From positions 91,388,001 through 91,452,000 of the forward strand of contig OX597824.1 of assembly GCA_951406725.2 (NCBI GenBank): DNA of 64,000 nucleotides. Reading direction: 5' to 3'. Below the pieces are notes generated by a model. The model did not search any database. It had not been told where the DNA came from and saw only the letters and a list, made by a program, of their open reading frames with translations. This DNA is from Octopus vulgaris. Lineage: Eukaryota. Positions within the stretch are counted from its first letter, which is position 1. Each line of letters starts with the position of its first letter. Below are positions 49,498-62,920 of this stretch, in pieces. A program made the translations under genes and the position numbers.

Positions 49498-51019
49498 TAG
49501 TATTCCAATATGGAATAGTGATGTTAGATTGGAGAGGAACCTGTTGTGTGTGCAAGCAGGCCGGCTTCAATACATACGTTTTATATTGTCTAATCAGTAA
49601 GTAAGACGATGTACTTTAACATAGTTTAAAAAGTGTCATGCAATTGTTCAAAGTGTTTAGGAAGGGGTTAGAATTATGTTGAAATATTGGCTTTTTAATC
49701 AGCTGAATCAAATCTGCTTCAAAGTTCTCGGGGTCATCTCTCTGAAGTAGGGACACTTCTGTGATTTGAAGTCACATTCTATATATATGAGTTTATTCGT
49801 TTCTTCTGTGGTCTTATTCTCCAAAATGTAAGCCTGTCGCTATTGGCTATGCTTAACTCCGTGTTCCTCTCTTCTCAATGAGGCGTGTCATATAATGCTA
49901 CGGTATTGGATTCTCAATGATCTTCAGGGAAATACCTGAAGCTGTTGCCTTCGACACTTGGTTCTTCGTCTATAGAAACGGACTAACATGTATAGAGATA
50001 TTAAACATGGGTGTACAAACAAAAGAACACACAACACATGTCGCATTAATATATATAGCCCCGGGTCGACTAAAGCCTTGTGAGTGGATTTGGTAGATGG
50101 AAACCGTGTGGAAGCCCATCGCATATGTGTGTCTGTGTGTGTTTTCGTTATGTTTGCCACTTACACACACATATACATATACATATATGTATGCATGTAT
50201 GCATGTGTATGTATGTATGTATATGTAAGTAAGTATGTATGTATGTATGTATGTAAGTAAATATGTATGTATGTATGTATGTGTGTATGTATGTATCTAT
50301 CTATTGATTTATGTCTGTCTGTCCGTCAGTCCGTCAATATGTTTATCTATTTATCTATCTATACAGTACATGTATATATATGTGTATACATATATACATA
50401 TATGTGTGTGTGTGTATATTCACGCGCGCACACACACACATACACACGCACCACACGCGCGCGCACACACAAACACGCGCGCGCATTGCAAGGAAACTTG
50501 GAAATCCTCTCATCAGCTGAGAAAGCCAGGGCTATCAGCGTAGTTTCGGCGTGTTTAAAGTCCGTAGACAGGAAATTCCATCGAACCGCTTGTCTAGTTG
50601 CGATGCATGAAAAATATTACCGAGGTGATGGACTGATAATGACAAAACGAGGAAGACAACAAAATAGAAATACGACACAGCTTCTCAACCACCTGGTTTC
50701 AGGTTCAGTCCTATGGCGTTTTGGTCGGCCCGAAGCTATAGTAGAAGGCACTTGCCCATGTGGCCACGCAGTGGGACTGAACCAGGAACCATGTGGTTAT
50801 GAAGCAAGCTTCATATCATTGTATATGGTTTTGTGTTTCTACATAGCGGCTGCTTCATCGCTACATCAGTTTAAGCAGAGAAAACTATGCTTCACTGAAG
50901 AGTTCGTCAAAAAAGATAGAAATATATCTTTAGTTGTCTGTCATGGATGAATATACTAGCTGTGGTACCTGAACGCCATCTATCGGACAAAAGTATTAAA
51001 TTTCTCTTTATAATACAAT

Positions 51020-51400
51020 AGGCGCAGGAGTGGCTGTGTGATAAGTAGATTGCTTACCAACCACATAGTTCTGGGTTCACTCCCACTGCGTGACACCTTG
51101 GGCAAGTGTCTTCTACTATAGCCTCGGGCCGACCAAAGCCTTGTGAGTGGATTTGGTAGACAGAAACTGAAAGAAGCCCGTCGTATATATGTATATGTAT
51201 ATAAATGTGTGTGTGTTTATGTGTCTGTGTTTGCCCCCCAACTTCGCTTGACAACCGTAACTTAGCGATTCGACAAAAGGGACCGATAGAATAAGTACTA
51301 GGCTTACAAAGAATAAGTCCTGGGGTCGATTTCCTCGACTAAAGGCGATGCTCCAACATAGCCGCAGATAAATGACTGAAACAAGTAAAAGATTAAAAGA
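51020..51400 (+). mobile_element. SINE family A
   Basis: Family match. Confidence 0.88.
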
Positions 51401-51921
51401 ACACTTCCGTTCTTGTCAGATCACGAGATAAGCCGGAAGTAATTTGTTTTCAAATCTAAAAATACAAATTCAGAAATGAAGATTAAGATAGGATTAAGTT
51501 AGGATTAAGTTAGGATTAAGTCGGTATTAAATACAGAAATGGATTAAATGTCAGTTTGTTTATACTTAAATTCAAAGTATTGGGTTCATCATGATAGCAT
51601 ACAAGATGATAAATAAAGCTCCCACAAGACTCCACTGGTTGTCTCCCTTACTTGCAGAAAGTCTTTACAATAAATGGTAGGGTGGGAGATCTTTCACTCT
51701 TTTACTTGCTTCACTCATTTTATTGCGGCCATGCTGGAGCACTGCCTTTAGTCGAGCAAATCGACCCCAGGACTTTATTCTTTGTAAGCCTAGTACTTAT
51801 TCTATCGGTCAATTTTGCCGAACCACTAAGTTACGGGGACGTAAACACAACAGCATCGGTTGTCAGGCGATGTTGAGAGGACAAACAGACACACAAACAA
51901 ACAAACAAACAAACAAACAAA

Positions 51922-52026
<105 letters not shown>

Positions 52027-52092
52027 CCGCGTGTGTACCGTTGGCGATTTTCTTTCTCCGTCTTCCCTTCCTTGGACCTTTCCTTTTTCTAT

Positions 52093-52128
52093 GTTTCTGA
52101 CGAAGAGCTCCCGCTCGAAACGTTAAAT
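52093..52128 (+). ncRNA. Minimal hammerhead motif (family also at 33215-33250 + and degenerate at 32868-32903 -)
   Basis: GTTT-CTGACGA-A-GAGC tccc GCTC-GAAA-CG-T-T-AAAT; palindromic AACGTT. Confidence 0.6.
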
Positions 52129-53170
52129 CCTCATTGTTTCTTTCCTTTCTTGACCGTCCAATAATATTATACTTGTTCCAAGTCCTCGCGTTGTTGCGTT
52201 TTCTCTTTGTGTTTTCATGTTTGGATCAACTTATATCATTCGAAATAGTAATCTTTTTTCCTTTTTCAAAGCGTAACATACAAACGCAGGCTATGACAAG
52301 TAAAATAATTTTCACTATCAGGGCCCGCGAATATTTCACGGCATTAATAGTTAAACCCATTGAGCTATTCCTGCAAACTTTATTTATAAAACCTGAAAGC
52401 GTAGCCTGTGTTGTGTCTGTAGGAAAAGATAGTTGTTCGTCTGATAGTCATTGAAAAGTGAAAGAAACTGGAATACGATGATTACTTAACACATAAAGCG
52501 CAATAGGTCACGATCTTGGCCGGCAGGCACAGGTCAACAGGCCACGACCGTGGCCCAGATAGATACATTTCATTTATGGGTGTTTGTTGGGGGTCTAATG
52601 TCACTGAAACGCTCCGATACCCGCCAGAAAACAAGAGGACTAATTGTTCAACTAATGACTTTTCATTATATACTAAGATGATACTTTAACTATTTTTTGT
52701 TTTTTATGTTTGCATGGTAATCTCATTTTCATAAAATGTGTTCAGCAGTCCATGCTATGTAAGTGCAAATCCCAGCGCTTTATGGGTTAATGTACATTAT
52801 ATATATACTTTATGCGCAATTTTATAGACTTAATACACAGCACTCGTAAAATAAGTGTTCACTCATATTTTTCCGTTTTCGACATAAACAGAAAAGATTA
52901 CATTTTAAAATTTACGTGCTCACAATTTCATACCTAGAAAGCAAAAAAAAAACTTATAGTAAAAATAATTATTTTATGTGTAAAATATAGGGGGGGGGGG
53001 GCGCAAATTAACGGGGGTAAAAATTGAATGCAACATGGCATACTCTGAAAACCACATCGTTGGTAACTTATAAGCCAATGCACATTTCAATTTGTTGGTG
53101 ATAAAAAAATTTTAGCTTAATTAAAAAAGAAAATTACTTTTCACTATGCATTCACCATCGCCGCCGCCAC

Positions 53171-53219
<49 letters not shown>

Positions 53220-53559
53220 CTTTCTTTAATCTCACCATCAGAACATCACCCCTCTGCTAAAGTTATATTCCTAACTCTCCTCTATGTCATTACCCTCGAC
53301 TAGACCTTTTTAACCTCGTAACAAACATTACGTTTCCGCTACCACGTCTCATGGACGCTTCTCTCACCGTTTTCTCTCTCTCTCTTTCTCTTTCTGTATC
53401 TTTCTGCCTCACTCTTCGCCTCATTTTCTTTTTCTCCCTCCGTCTTTTTATCTACTCACGTGAAAGCGTTACCAACGGGCTAAGTAACGTAATGACAAGC
53501 AGAATCATAATAAGATTGGGAGCATTAAATCATTGAGCCTTAATAATAATTATGTAATA

Positions 53560-54190
53560 ACCTTTTCTGCTAAAGGCACAAGGCTTGAAATTTGGTGGGA
53601 GGGGGCCAGTTAATTACATCGACCACAGTATTTCACTGGTACTTGATTTATCATCTCTGAAAGGATGAATGGCAAAGTCGACCTCGGTGGAATTTGAACG
53701 CGGAACATAAAGACTGACGAAATGCTGTTAAGCATTTTGCCCGGCGTATTAACGATTCTGCCAGCTCACCACCTTAAATAATATATTGTAATCGTTTCAA
53801 ATTTAGCCACAAGGACAGCAATTTTGGGGGAGGGGATGAGTCAGTTACATCGACCCCAGTACACAACTAGTATTTAATTTATTGACCCCGAAAGTATGAA
53901 AAGCAAAGTTGACCTCAGCAGAATTTGAACTCAGAACGTAGTGGCAAACGAAATATCGCTAAGCATTTCGCCCGGCGTGCTAACGATTCTGCCGTCTCTA
54001 AATACTTATTTCTTTATTACCCACAAGGGGCTAAACATAGAGGGGACAAACAAGGACAGACAAAGGGATTAAGGCGATTACATCGACCCCAGTAACTGGT
54101 ACTTAATTTAATCGTCTCCGAAAGGATGAAAGGCAAAGTCGACTCCGGCGGAACTCAGGACGTAGCGGCAGACGAAATATCGCCAAGCAT
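53560..54190 (-). mobile_element. Three SINE family B copies in tandem
   Basis: Nin-like core three times. Confidence 0.8.
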
Positions 54191-54680
54191 TTAAAGCGCC
54201 TCCCGCCAAAAGACGCCGCCACAGTCTGATCACCTTTTGTCCTCTCTTTTAGCTACGCTGAAGAGCAGGATGCGATTTCAGGAAGATTTGAGAGAAATTT
54301 GACTGTTTTTTTCGGGGTTGACGGGGTTAAAATATTCAGGTGAGATCGACTCGCTTTTTATTGCACTGTTGATTACGACATATCTTGATTACCAAGCAAC
54401 AGCTCAATTAATTTATCAGCTCTAAAACCGGGCAGTTAATGAATATGACCAAGTGTTGTTAGTGATTTGGACTTTATACCTCCCTTATCAGGGAGATAGC
54501 GAGCAATTGTGAGGGGACGACCGTTGGGTCGGGGGAGGGCAGTAAGGCCATTTGCTAATTGGAAAACCACGGAGTGCTTGGCTTTATGTACGAATTCATG
54601 CTCACTTCATCTTAGCCCTGTATCTATGTAAGGGGTTTCTGCATATAAGTATTTACTCACACACATACACACACACGCAC

Positions 54681-54740
<60 letters not shown>

Positions 54741-54918
54741 ACGCATACTTACGCGCATATGTGTAGAATTATGCATGTGTTTGTGTGTGTGTGTATGTCT
54801 GTATGTGAATGTATGCAAGTGATGTGTGTATACTCGCGTGCGCACACACAAATTTATGTATATCTGCGAATGTAAGTATGTATGCATGTTTGTATGTATA
54901 TGCGCTAGCGTGTGTATA

Positions 54919-54983
<65 letters not shown>

Positions 54984-55477
54984 GCATACGCAAGCATATA
55001 CACACACAAGCACATACACATATATAAATACAGGTATGTTTGTATGTATGCATGTATATATATATATGTGTGTATGTATGTATGTATGTATGTATTTATG
55101 CATGTGTGTATGTATGCATATGTGTTTATATGTATGCATGTATGTATGTGTCTGTGTATGAATGTATGTATGTATATGTGTGTATGTATGCATGCGTGCA
55201 TGTATGTTTGTAGGTATGTATGTATGCATGTATGTATGTGTGTGTGTGTATGTATATGTTGTGTATGTGTGTATGTTTGTATTTATGTATGTATGTATAC
55301 ATGTATGTATGTGTGTATGTTTGTATTTATGTATGTATGTATACATGTATGTATGTGTGTATGTTTGTATTTATGTATGTATGTATACATGTATGTATGT
55401 GTGTATGTTTGTATTTATGTATGTATGTATATATGTGTGTATGTATATATGTGTGTATGTATGTATGTTCTCTTTTT

Positions 55478-56425
55478 ATTCTTTTACTTGTTTAGGTCGT
55501 TTGACTGCGGCTTTAGTCGAAAAAATTGGCCCCAGGATTTATTCTTTGTAAGCCTAGTGCTTATTCTCTCAGTCACTTGCCGAACCGCTAAGTTACAGGG
55601 ACATAAACACACCGACATCGGTTGTCAAGCGTTGGCGGGGGTACAAACGTCCCCCGACACACACATGACGGGTTTCTTTCAGTTTCTGTCAACCAAATCC
55701 ACCCACAAGGCTTTGGTCAACCCGAGGCTATAATAGAAGACGCTTGCCCAAGGTGCCACGCAGTTGGACTGAACCCGGAACCATGTGGTTGGGAAGCAAG
55801 CTACTTACCACACAGCCACGCCTGCACCGGCTAATAATTATTTAAAATCTTTTTCCGAGGAAGGAACTGGTTGCTATGATAGACACAGATCTCCATTGTT
55901 GGAACGTAGATAACGGAAACAATATCACATTCTAAACTTGAGAAAAGACTCGAATAGTTTTACTGTTCCACCTACAAATTGTATTTGTAATGTGGCTCAA
56001 ATTTAGTTATAATGCATCAGGTCTATGATGAAAAACCTGGCTCACCTCTCTGGTATACTCTTCACTCTTTTACTTATTTCAGTCATTTGACTGTGGCCAT
56101 GCTAGAGCACCGCCTTTAGTCGAGCAAATCGACCCAGGACTTATTCTTTGTAAGCCCAGTACTTATTCTATCGGTCTCTTTTGCCGAACCGCTAAGTTAC
56201 AGGGACGTAAACACACTAGCATCGGTTGTCAAGCGATGTTGGTGGGACAAACACAGACATACAAACATATACACACACACATACATATATACATATATAT
56301 ATACGACGGGCTTCTTTCAGTTTCCGTCTACCAAATCCAATCATAAGGCTTCGGTCGGCCCGAGGCTATAGTAGAAGACACTTGCCCAAGGTTCCACGTA
56401 GTGGGTCTGAACCTGGAACCATGTG
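55478..56425 (-). mobile_element. Two SINE family A copies (55478-55830, 56058-56425)
   Basis: Family match. Confidence 0.85.
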
Positions 56426-56729
56426 AGACATTTACGTGTCCTGTGTTTTCAAAGATGGTAGATTATATTTTGAGGGAAATTTGGCTGCTATTTCTACAAA
56501 ATCTGACCTGAAGATTTATGAATTCATTAAAATTATATTTGTTTACAACGAAGTGAACTTGTTGCTAAATGGAATAATTTTTCTAGAGAAATTTTCCGAG
56601 AATTCTTGGGCATCTAGTAGTATATTTGTGTTTTGCTTGTTTCAGTTATTGGACTGCGGCCATGCTGGGGTACTACCTCGAAAGCTTTTAGCTTAATAGA
56701 TCGCCCCTAATATTTACAATTACGACGAT

Positions 56730-57027
56730 AATGTTTCTGGTTGATCCGATCCACGGAAAAACCTGCTCATGAAATTATTTTGTAAGTGGCTGAGCACTCC
56801 ACAGGCATGCATACTCTCCATATAGTTCTCAGGGAGATTCAGCATGATACAGAATAGGACAAGGCTGGCCCTTTGAAAAACAGGTACTGCTAATTATTTT
56901 GTCAGGTGAGTAGACTGGAGCAACGTGAAATAAAATGTGTTGCGCAAGGAAAGAACGTGCGGCCGGGTATCGAACGCAGGACCTCACGATCGTGAACGGA
57001 ACACCCTAACCACGAAGCCACGTGCCT

Positions 57028-57028
<1 letters not shown>
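56730..57028 (-). mobile_element. tRNA-derived SINE family D
   Basis: Minus strand gtggcttcgtggttagggtg ... gttcgatacccgg, then ttccttgcgcaacacattttatttcacgttgctccagtc central domain. Confidence 0.7.
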
Positions 57029-57120
<92 letters not shown>

Positions 57121-57218
57121 GACACACACACCGAAACACACACACACAGACACACACGCACACAGACAGACACACACAGACACACAGACACAGACACAGG
57201 CACACACAGACACACACA

Positions 57219-57301
<83 letters not shown>

Positions 57302-58140
57302 GTTTAGAATTCCGCTCTGCAACCAAGTGGTCCCGTAGTCAATCGCGGAGTCAACTGCGCGCTCCATTCTTCACGCGTTTCGAGGATGTATGTGTTTGGC
57401 GCATGCGTAGTCCCATGCGTGCTTCTCCTCCTCGCATGTGTAGATGGGTGTCTGTGTGGGTAGGGTGGTGATGGAGGATGTCAGTATGTTTGCGTATTTG
57501 TGGCTGTGTGCGCAGGCGCGTATCCATTGGTTTCCGCAGCGCTTCACTGCTGGGTCAGTGTTGGTTTGTTAACGTTCCCGTAACTTAGCGGTCTGGTTAA
57601 TGGAACCTGATAGAGCAAGTACCAGACTTATGAAGAATAATCACTGGGGACGATTTGCTCTAGAGCTCTCCTCCCCTAATCAATGTGATGCCCCAGCATG
57701 GCCTCAATCAAAAGAATAACATAAAACAATGTGAAAGCACGCGGAATATGAACACACACACACACACACACACACACGCATACGCGAAAGATTTGGTGCA
57801 TGGGAGATAACCATAATTATTGTTAATCATATTATTTCCCTTGAATTTGCATTTATTCTAGGGGAGGTAACTGGCTTGTTTTAACATTTTCTGAAAGATT
57901 TTTTTTTTCGTTCCCCATTTTCAATGATCTACTCTAGGCACAAAGCCCGAAATTTTTGGGGAGCAGGGTCAGTCGATTAGACCGCCCAGTACGCAACTGG
58001 TACTTAATTTATCGACCCCGAAAAGATGAAAGGCAAAGTCGACCCCGGCGGAATTTGAACTCGGAACGTAGCGGCAGACGAAATACCTATTTCTTTACTA
58101 CTCACAAGGGGCTACACTAGAGGGGACAAACAAGGACAGA

Positions 58141-58715
58141 CAAGCGCAGTTGCATTCGGTAGCAAATAATATTAAAATTAAAACTGCGTACCAAATAGGC
58201 TTTGAAATTACGAAAATTGATTTTATTCGTCGTTTGGGTTTTGACTGGTCTTTCTAGCATTTAAGGTGTCCTGTCAAATGTGTATAAATACTTAAACTGT
58301 TTATACCCTATTATATATGAAAATAAGTTGTCTATTGACTTTATTACGCATGCTAGCCACCTGTATGAAAATTTTTCAAAATTTTCTTCCCTTATTATTT
58401 TCACTGTAAAATTTTCATAAATTCAAAGCTTTTCTAGTACGCAGCTTTAATTTTATTATTATTATTTGCTACCGAATGCAACTGCGCTTGCGCGGTGGAT
58501 TTGAAAATATAATGTATAAGTGTGCAACACGCACGTATATTTTCGCTACATAATTATGCATTAATTTTAGCGACCCCCACTGATGAAGTACAGATGAAAC
58601 TCGAGTTTAGGGTTAACTACAAAAATATCTTTTATTTTGACTGCCCTTTCTAGCATGTAAGGTGTCCTGTCAAAGATCACCTCTTTCATGTATAAATACT
58701 TAATTATCTGTACAC

Positions 58716-58720
<5 letters not shown>
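58141..58720. mobile_element. pLTR-like element with inverted (58141-58191/58437-58490) and direct (58239-58300/58636-58710) repeats plus a hammerhead
   Basis: caagcgcagttgcattcggtagcaaata / tatttgctaccgaatgcaactgcgcttg; ttttgactg..ctttctagcat.taaggtgtcctgtcaaa twice. Confidence 0.7.
58575..58612 (+). ncRNA. Minimal type I hammerhead motif
   Basis: CCCCA-CTGATGA-A-GT acag AT-GAAA-C tcga G-T-T-TAGGG; palindromic AACTCGAGTT stem III. Confidence 0.55.
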
Positions 58721-58793
<73 letters not shown>

Positions 58794-58796
<3 letters not shown>

Positions 58797-59080
58797 GGTC
58801 CCGGGTTGATTCGGGGTTAACCACAGTAAGTAAGGTACTCAATACATAGCAGAGTAAAATTAATTTATTATATAGAAGGAGCTTCTACAGGACTAGTACT
58901 GTTTCATTCAAGAGAAATCTTCAGGAAGCTATTTAACAAGAATTGTATTAGCATTTATACATTTAGGCAGGTTTAAAGGAGTGGTGGTGGGGGACTTTTT
59001 TGGGGGTAGGCATAGCGCAAAATATCATACTTGGGGGAGTGGTCAAGGAGTCAGTGGTAAGTTAGATGAAAGAATAGATA
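58794..59080 (-). mobile_element. pLTR-like element end with hammerhead; rearranged copy at 43280-43385
   Basis: Terminus ...aacccgggacctac abutting (TA)n at both loci. Confidence 0.7.
58880..58930 (-). ncRNA. Type I hammerhead ribozyme motif (near-canonical)
   Basis: AGCTTC-CTGAAGA-TTTC tctt GAAT-GAAA-CAG tactagtc CTG-T-A-GAAGCT: complete core, 6-bp stem I, 4-bp stem III, GUA cleavage triplet. Confidence 0.75.
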
Positions 59081-59087
59081 AATAAAA

Positions 59088-59121
<34 letters not shown>

Positions 59122-59252
59122 TATAAAAAATATATATATATAAAAAAAATATATATATAAAAAAGGGGGGATAGAGTTATAGGTAAATAAGGAGATTCTC
59201 ACTTATACCTATACACACATGTATACGTATCTACACACATATATATATACAC

Positions 59253-59287
<35 letters not shown>

Positions 59288-59586
59288 TATATACACATAT
59301 ACATACATATCTACATACACACATACATACACCCGCCCACATATACAAATTTATACACATGCACATGCATATACCTGTCTACACATACACACACGTATAT
59401 ATGCATACACTCACTCCCATGCATGCACGCATACACACATGTATATATATACCCACGACCACACATACATATATACACAGAAAAATATATATTCATACGC
59501 ACATACACTCATGCACACACAACACACCTAGTTCCCTATATACACATATTTACACCTATATATACATACACCCACATACACATATT

Positions 59587-59646
<60 letters not shown>

Positions 59647-59745
59647 CACGCATACATATATATACATGTGTGCACATACATACATATACACATATACATA
59701 CACATACACATACACATGTGTACCTATACATACCTACACATACAC

Positions 59746-59790
<45 letters not shown>

Positions 59791-59882
59791 CCAATACAGG
59801 CCCATTCCCTAATTTTAATTTTATTATCTTCATTTATTACTTTTGTTATCTTTGATCGCTAGAGCTAAGGATCCTGGCTATA

Positions 59883-59940
<58 letters not shown>

Positions 59941-59965
59941 TATATACATACATACATACATACAT

Positions 59966-60052
<87 letters not shown>

Positions 60053-60299
60053 TGCATGTATATATATCAAATACATATATATATGTGTATATATATTTAC
60101 ACAACGGTCTTCCATACAATTTCCGTCAACTAACTACACTCGCAAGGCATTTCTCAGCCTAGGGTTATAGTAGAAGTCATTGCTCATCAAATTGTTTTTC
60201 TCCAGAACGCATCGTCTTAAGAGCCTTTCTGTGACATACACGTCTACATACACACACACACTATCTCTCTCTCTCTCTCTCACACACACACATATATAT

Positions 60300-60580
60300 A
60301 TATTGTGAGAATTTACAAAAAAACAAAACAAAAGATGAAGACGGGTGTGTAAACAACAAACATATGTATCAGTTTAACGCTCGAGAAGTGAGAGAGTCTT
60401 TTACGTTTCGAGCCCACGCTCTTCGGCAGGAAGGAACACAGAAATAAGCAGAGAGAGAAAATAGAAAAAGGTTTAGCGGATAGCGATCTATGATGGCGAA
60501 TGCCGGACAGAGGGGTCACACAGAAGATTTAGGAGGAAGGTGAGGTAATAAAGTAGTGGTTATCCCAAAACGAAGGTGCG
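60300..60580 (-). mobile_element. pLTR-like element with variant hammerhead-like core (same family as 11452-11630)
   Basis: Minus strand CTGCCGA-A-GAGC gtgg GCTC-GAAACGTA; ends at (TA)n. Confidence 0.6.
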
Positions 60581-61371
60581 CGTGCGTGTATGTGAGATCG
60601 TGTATGTGCGTCTGGATGGGGTCTGGTGACATTGACGTGTGCGTGTGTGTATGTGTAAGTGTGTGGATGATGGTGTGGGTGCTGGGAAGTGGTCAGTGCT
60701 AGTGTGCGGGGTGGTGTGGTGTGGCAGTATGTGGTGGTGTGTGGTGGTGTGTGGTAATGTGTGGCAGTGTGTGGTATGGTGGGTGTGTTGTGGAGGTGAG
60801 TGTGGGGAAAGCAAGGGTGGGGTGTGGGTTAGGGTGAGGGTAGGAGGGAGTATATGGGGTGAGGTGTAAGGGATGGGTGTGGGAGTAAGGGATGTATAGG
60901 GATGGTGGGGTTGGAATGTGTAGGGTGGGGTGTATGTATGTATGTGTGTTCGTGTGTGTACATGCATACATATATATATAAATATATATATATGTATGTG
61001 TTTGTGTATATATTTATTTTTAAAAAACATACATACACATATAGAACCAAATATATTCAATCAATTCTTGGTAATGAAACTGTGAAGTTCTAGAAACGTC
61101 AGACATGTATTTAGAAACTGTTCTGCAACAAACAAACTGTAGAAAGCTAAGAAAAAACAAACGAAAAAAAAAAGACAAATAAAAAGTGATAACAGTGGAA
61201 TACTTTCGTGTATTTAATGAAGCATGCATGAAAGAGAAGCTGTTCTCCATATATGAGCACACACGTACACACACATGCATATATGTCTGTCTGTCTGTCT
61301 GTCTGTATGTATGTATGTATGTATGTATGTATGTGTGTATGTAGGTATAGGTATATATGCATGTATGTAGG

Positions 61372-61960
61372 TAAAGAGGTATAAGGACTTGCTGAAGGCT
61401 TCCTTAAGAGATGCTTGCATCTCTCCTGACATATGGGAAGGCATAGTTATTGATCGTAGCAGGTGGAGAAGGATTGTGCACGAGGGGACAGCCACTTTTG
61501 AGAAATCTCGAGTTGCACATGAGAAAGTAAGGAGGAATGTCAGGAAGGGCATCGCTGTTACACTTCCAGATGGGAAGGGTCTTCCTTTGATGCTGACATG
61601 CAATGTCTGTGCAAGACCCTATCTCAGTAAAGCTGGACTCAAGAGTCATCTTCGTAGTCATAAAGCGAGACAGATGAGTGACAACCTGGCCACTGATGGT
61701 GGTGTAATACACCATACTAATCATATCTGTCGGGCATGTGGAAGAGAGTGTAATTCGGCAGGAGTACTTAAACGACATGCAAAGGTACATGAAGCCCAGT
61801 TACAACTACAGCCGGCTACTGCCAGTAAAGGTTTTAGTTGCCAATTTTGTACAAGACATTGTCGATCTTTAGCTGGGCTAAAAAGTCACATTCGATCACA
61901 ACACCAGTAACAGTTAAGCTTCGTGCAATGGCCATACTCGATAACGATGGGGCAGCCATC
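61372..61960 (+). mobile_element. RTE/BovB-related LINE 3' end, ORF open to its stop, with three C2H2 zinc fingers
   Basis: KRYKDLLKASLR...WE....DRSRWR..VHEG...FE, then CNVC..H..H, CRAC..H..H, CQFC..H..H; (ATGT)n tail. Confidence 0.85.
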
Positions 61961-62089
61961 ATGTATGTATGTATGTATGTATGTATGTATGTATGTATGT
62001 ATGTATGTATGTATGTATGTATGTATGTATGTATGTATGTATGGTTACACAGTCATATATGGCTATTGTATAGCGAGGAGATCATTTGG

Positions 62090-62430
62090 CACTTATATTG
62101 AAAGGTTCGACCATTTCCAACTTCGGCTAAAAAAAAGTTCACGATTTACCGTTCCATTTCCTTTGTCTGCTGGCAGAATTTTGATGTGCTGTCAACTTGA
62201 AGGAACTTCATGGAATTTCTGGCCTCCTTGAAGCTATTTGGTCGGAAGAAGGTTTGGTTTTCGTTTAGTACAGTCCGCACTTTCTGTGTTAACTCGTCTC
62301 ACTCAGCCTTTCTCTCCTTATTTCAAACCCGCTGATGAAGACAATGGTATTGGAGTGAAGAATTACATTCATTGTAATAGCGAAAGCCAGCCCTTTGTTT
62401 CCTTAGACTCAATAGTGATTCTTTAGATTT
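62090..62430 (-). pseudogene. Penelope-like element ORF remnant (region upstream of RT)
   Basis: Minus strand NKGLAFAIT (~62400-62373) and HIKILPADKGNGT (~62188-62149) match the KGLNF and ADKG motifs of Penelope-like ORFs. Confidence 0.65.
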
Positions 62431-62478
62431 AGTCTCTATTTATATTTGCTACCCTTTACAGACCGTGATGGAATAAGC

Positions 62479-62600
62479 TATTGGGTTGGTGCATAATTAT
62501 TGCGGCCTGTTTTCAACAAATTTTATTCAACAAAAACAATAAAAACATATAGCAAAACATCTTTAAGTGATTATTCCGAAGCATATTCACCATCTACTTC
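62479..62600. mobile_element. Mariner terminal remnant
   Basis: ta-ttgggttggtgcataattattgcgg resembles mariner (Hsmar1/MADE-type) TIRs. Confidence 0.55.
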
Positions 62601-62604
62601 AATT

Positions 62605-62920
62605 AGGCGCAGGACTGGCTGTGTGGTAAGTAGCTTGCTTACCAACCACCTGGTTCCGGGTTCAGTCCCACTGCGTGGCACCTTACGCAAATGTCGGGCT
62701 AACCAAAGCCTTGTGAGTGGATTTGGTCGACAGAAGTTGAAAAGAAGCCCGTCGTATATATGTATATTTATATATATGTGCGTGCGTGTGTGTGTATGTG
62801 TGTGTGTGTGTCTGTGTTTGTCGCCCCAACATCGCCTGACAACCGATGCTGGTGTGTTTAGGTCCCCGTAACTTAGCGATACGGCAAAATAGACCGATAC
62901 ATTAAGTACTAGGCTTACTA
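62605..62920 (+). mobile_element. SINE family A
   Basis: Family match. Confidence 0.85.

Noticed and set aside
54253-54339. 87-nt plus-strand exon candidate with good acceptor and donor
   Set aside because: Its interior resembles a dispersed repeat seen at ~38290 and ~56470; no recognisable protein and no partner exons.
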